Source: a virus
Taxonomy: Duplodnaviria > Caudoviricetes
Reading direction: 5' to 3' (one strand)
DNA: 26,127 nucleotides
IMG/VR virus record: IMGVR_UViG_3300047374_000214
Location: 1 to 26,127 of that record
The translations under genes were made by a program, and so were the position numbers. Below, in pieces: positions 24,135-26,127 of this stretch. How positions within the stretch are numbered: position 1 is the stretch's first letter; every line of letters begins with the position of its first letter. The notes under the pieces are model-generated. The model was given only the letters and a program-made list of their open reading frames with translations, was not told the origin of the DNA and did not search any database.

Positions 24135-25963
24135 TATTTCAAGGCTTTTCTATTTCCAGCCTGTACTCTAGTGTATATTGTTCTAGGTACCGGCGCATCA
24201 TCAAAGTTTATACTAAGTGCTGCTTCAGCATTTATCAACGCGTCGTCTACGATTTCATCACCATCACGATCTAGCCATCCGCCTCTAAAGACAGCAACTT
24301 CTTCGTGTTCCATAATGATGTCACCCCATTCGTCTAAGCCTGCAACTGTATAAGGAATCTGGGTAGTAGCATCTACATCCACGGTCTTAACTTCCTCTAT
24401 ACGCTTAAAGAAAACATATTTTTGTTTGCCGTTACCAATTTCTTCTAGAATTACAGGTTCTTGTGGTACAACTGTAACAGTTTTAGACTCATAATAGCCT
24501 AACCTTCTTGCGGTCTCTTCTGTTTCAGATATAAATCTCACATTAACTGCATCAATACCATCAATCTCCTCTAAGATATAGACAATATCGGATTTAGGTA
24601 ATTTATCTCTTCTTGTTACATTTAACATGTAATCACTAACTCTAGCTCTTACTTCATTAAAAATTTCTTGTTTTGTATAGCCTTCAAAATACCTAATATT
24701 AATATCCATGCTGTATTTTCTGATCTTAGGTTTTACAAATATAACTTCTGTTGTCACCATTTGTTGACCACTATCTTGAATCACTTGCGACATTTTGTCG
24801 TACTCATTTTGATCGAAGAACATTTCATTTAAAGGAATTGAGAAGTAGTCTTGATCTGCTAATAATTTTCTCTTAGCATCTGGAATTGCAAAAATATAGA
24901 TAACATTATCATCATCTAAATATTGATCCGATGTGGTATTGTATGCATCCACATACGAGAACATACCATATCTTGATAGGAAATACTCGTAATTGTCCGG
25001 AGTTGCTAAGACGTAAGATTTAGAAGCGAGAGGGGCCATTAATTTAGTAAACTCAGTGTCCTCTGCATCAGCTCCCATTTTAGGAGATGAAGTAACATTA
25101 ACTTCTAGATATTCGTTTAAGTCAAATGCAGTTCCATTTGAATCAGTTCCTTCTGAAGTCCATTGGAATTGTAGATCTTGTCCATCAGCTAAATTACCTA
25201 AAGCACCTTTATGCTTTACATATTCTACCATAATATCAGAACCTGCTGGAGGTATTGCACCGAAATTACCAGTACCAAAGTAAATATCTAGGCCTCCAGA
25301 AACTCCAGTCTTAATAATATATGCTGGTTCCTCGTTTAGCATATCATAGACTGATTCGTGCTTTGTCCATTTTTGCCCGTTAACAGAAACACTAACTTTA
25401 GAATGATCTGTCAAAGAGGCTATCTTAACGTTATATGATTGCATCTTTTCTCCAGTTCCAGTAAAGGTTTGTTTTTCAAACTTACCCTGAATAATAGCAA
25501 CCTTAGTTTTATTCTTATTAGATTTTTCTAATCTATATTTTTCTTGTGAAGATAATATTGTATAAGTTAATCCATTTAATTGACATGTTAACTCAGATCT
25601 TGCATCTACATTTAAACCACTACCAGCAATCATACCTAGATCTGCACCAACCTTCCATCTAAATTCTATTTCACCAGTTGCTGCAAACCCTCTTGTTGCA
25701 TCATGGCCAGTTAATCTTGCCATACCATATATAGACTCTGGTTGCTGAGCTGTGTAAATATTTTGTTCTACTAATGAGTCTTCAATATAGAACATAATTA
25801 ATTCAGTAATCTCAGAAACTACATTTACTACTTGAGCAAAAGGAGAAGCATCGGTAAATAACGTCCCGGATCTCTTGTATACCCTAGCGATATATGTACG
25901 CGCATCTGCCTGAATTTGACTTGCTCGTGTTCTTAGTGTATTTAAAAATTTTAATTCCGCCAT
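24134..25963 (-). CDS. Baseplate wedge subunit, T4 gp6 / baseplate J-like
   Basis: 609 aa with TAQQPESIYGMARLTGHDATRGFAATG, GTGEKMQSY, IYFGTGNFGAIPPAGSDIMVEY...GALGN and GADAEDTEFTKLMAP...LATPDNYEYFL. These are all gp6/BplJ hallmarks in the expected order, and the gene follows a gp25-like gene. Confidence 0.88.
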   Translation of the reverse strand: MAELKFLNTLRTRASQIQADARTYIARVYKRSGTLFTDASPFAQVVNVVSEITELIMFYIEDSLVEQNIYTAQQPESIYGMARLTGHDATRGFAATGEIEFRWKVGADLGMIAGSGLNVDARSELTCQLNGLTYTILSSQEKYRLEKSNKNKTKVAIIQGKFEKQTFTGTGEKMQSYNVKIASLTDHSKVSVSVNGQKWTKHESVYDMLNEEPAYIIKTGVSGGLDIYFGTGNFGAIPPAGSDIMVEYVKHKGALGNLADGQDLQFQWTSEGTDSNGTAFDLNEYLEVNVTSSPKMGADAEDTEFTKLMAPLASKSYVLATPDNYEYFLSRYGMFSYVDAYNTTSDQYLDDDNVIYIFAIPDAKRKLLADQDYFSIPLNEMFFDQNEYDKMSQVIQDSGQQMVTTEVIFVKPKIRKYSMDINIRYFEGYTKQEIFNEVRARVSDYMLNVTRRDKLPKSDIVYILEEIDGIDAVNVRFISETEETARRLGYYESKTVTVVPQEPVILEEIGNGKQKYVFFKRIEEVKTVDVDATTQIPYTVAGLDEWGDIIMEHEEVAVFRGGWLDRDGDEIVDDALINAEAALSINFDDAPVPRTIYTRVQAGNRKALK

Positions 25964-25970
25964 TAGTTAT

Positions 25971-26127
25971 TTATCTTAAATTTACTTGGATTTGATATTC
26001 ATTATTAACTGTAATATCCACATAACAAATATCTCTTACCTCACCTTTATAGAAAGTCACTTCAACGTCAGTTGAATAGTCTCTAGATAGAGGGCAATAG
26101 TTATCCAATTGGTTTACTATCTCATTT
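25971..26127 (-). CDS. Baseplate wedge / sheath initiator gp25-like protein, C-terminal fragment
   Basis: Hand translation: ...NEIVNQLDNYCPLSRDYSTDVEVTFYKGEVRDICYVDITVNNEYQIQVNLR* (TAA at 25973-25971). A helix ending in YxP followed by three beta-strands is the gp25/GpW C-terminal layout, and the position before gp6 is canonical. Confidence 0.68.
   Translation of the reverse strand, partial: NEIVNQLDNYCPLSRDYSTDVEVTFYKGEVRDICYVDITVNNEYQIQVNLR

Noticed and set aside
12417-25283. Short + strand ORFs (12417, 12867, 13590, 14685, 20555, 20768, 21219, 23586, 24171, 25056)
   Set aside because: All are antisense to long minus-strand genes, 60-110 aa, with shadow-frame composition and no recognisable motifs.
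261-25973. Stop-codon reassignment (code 15 or 4), suggested by TAA-only stops
   Set aside because: Genes tile the window with minimal gaps under the standard code, and none is broken by in-frame TAG or TGA, so there is no positive evidence. TAA bias is expected in AT-rich genomes.

Overview
This is an AT-rich (about one-third GC by eye), almost fully coding window from a large tailed phage, most likely a T4-like/jumbo myovirus. All 14 credible genes (12 complete, 2 cut by the window edges) lie on the minus strand, with only about 132 bp of intergenic DNA. In transcription order they are: gp25-like (partial), gp6-like baseplate wedge, an 89-aa protein, a gp7/P2-gpI-like protein with PKD-like and Trp-heptad segments, a gp9-like connector, two unknown structural proteins (646 and 1226 aa), a 2837-aa giant with an adhesin-like N-terminal part, a collagen/BACON/mucin-like fibre, a candidate spanin-like membrane protein, a 698-aa unknown, a gp3-like tail completion protein, a 123-aa protein and a RuvC-like resolvase (partial, TTG start). 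BACON-like and Listeria-Bacteroides-type domains and the near absence of Shine-Dalgarno sites suggest a Bacteroidota host (inference). The most striking observation is the 123-aa protein. It has a T4-like capsid-targeting N-terminus and an acidic LxE-rich pro-region, followed by a cationic 55-aa in-register glycine zipper, suggesting a head-packaged, protease-activated membrane-active peptide. It has its own GATATATA candidate late promoter. No tRNA, rRNA, CRISPR array or mobile element was seen. All family calls come from motif recognition by eye; no database search was run.
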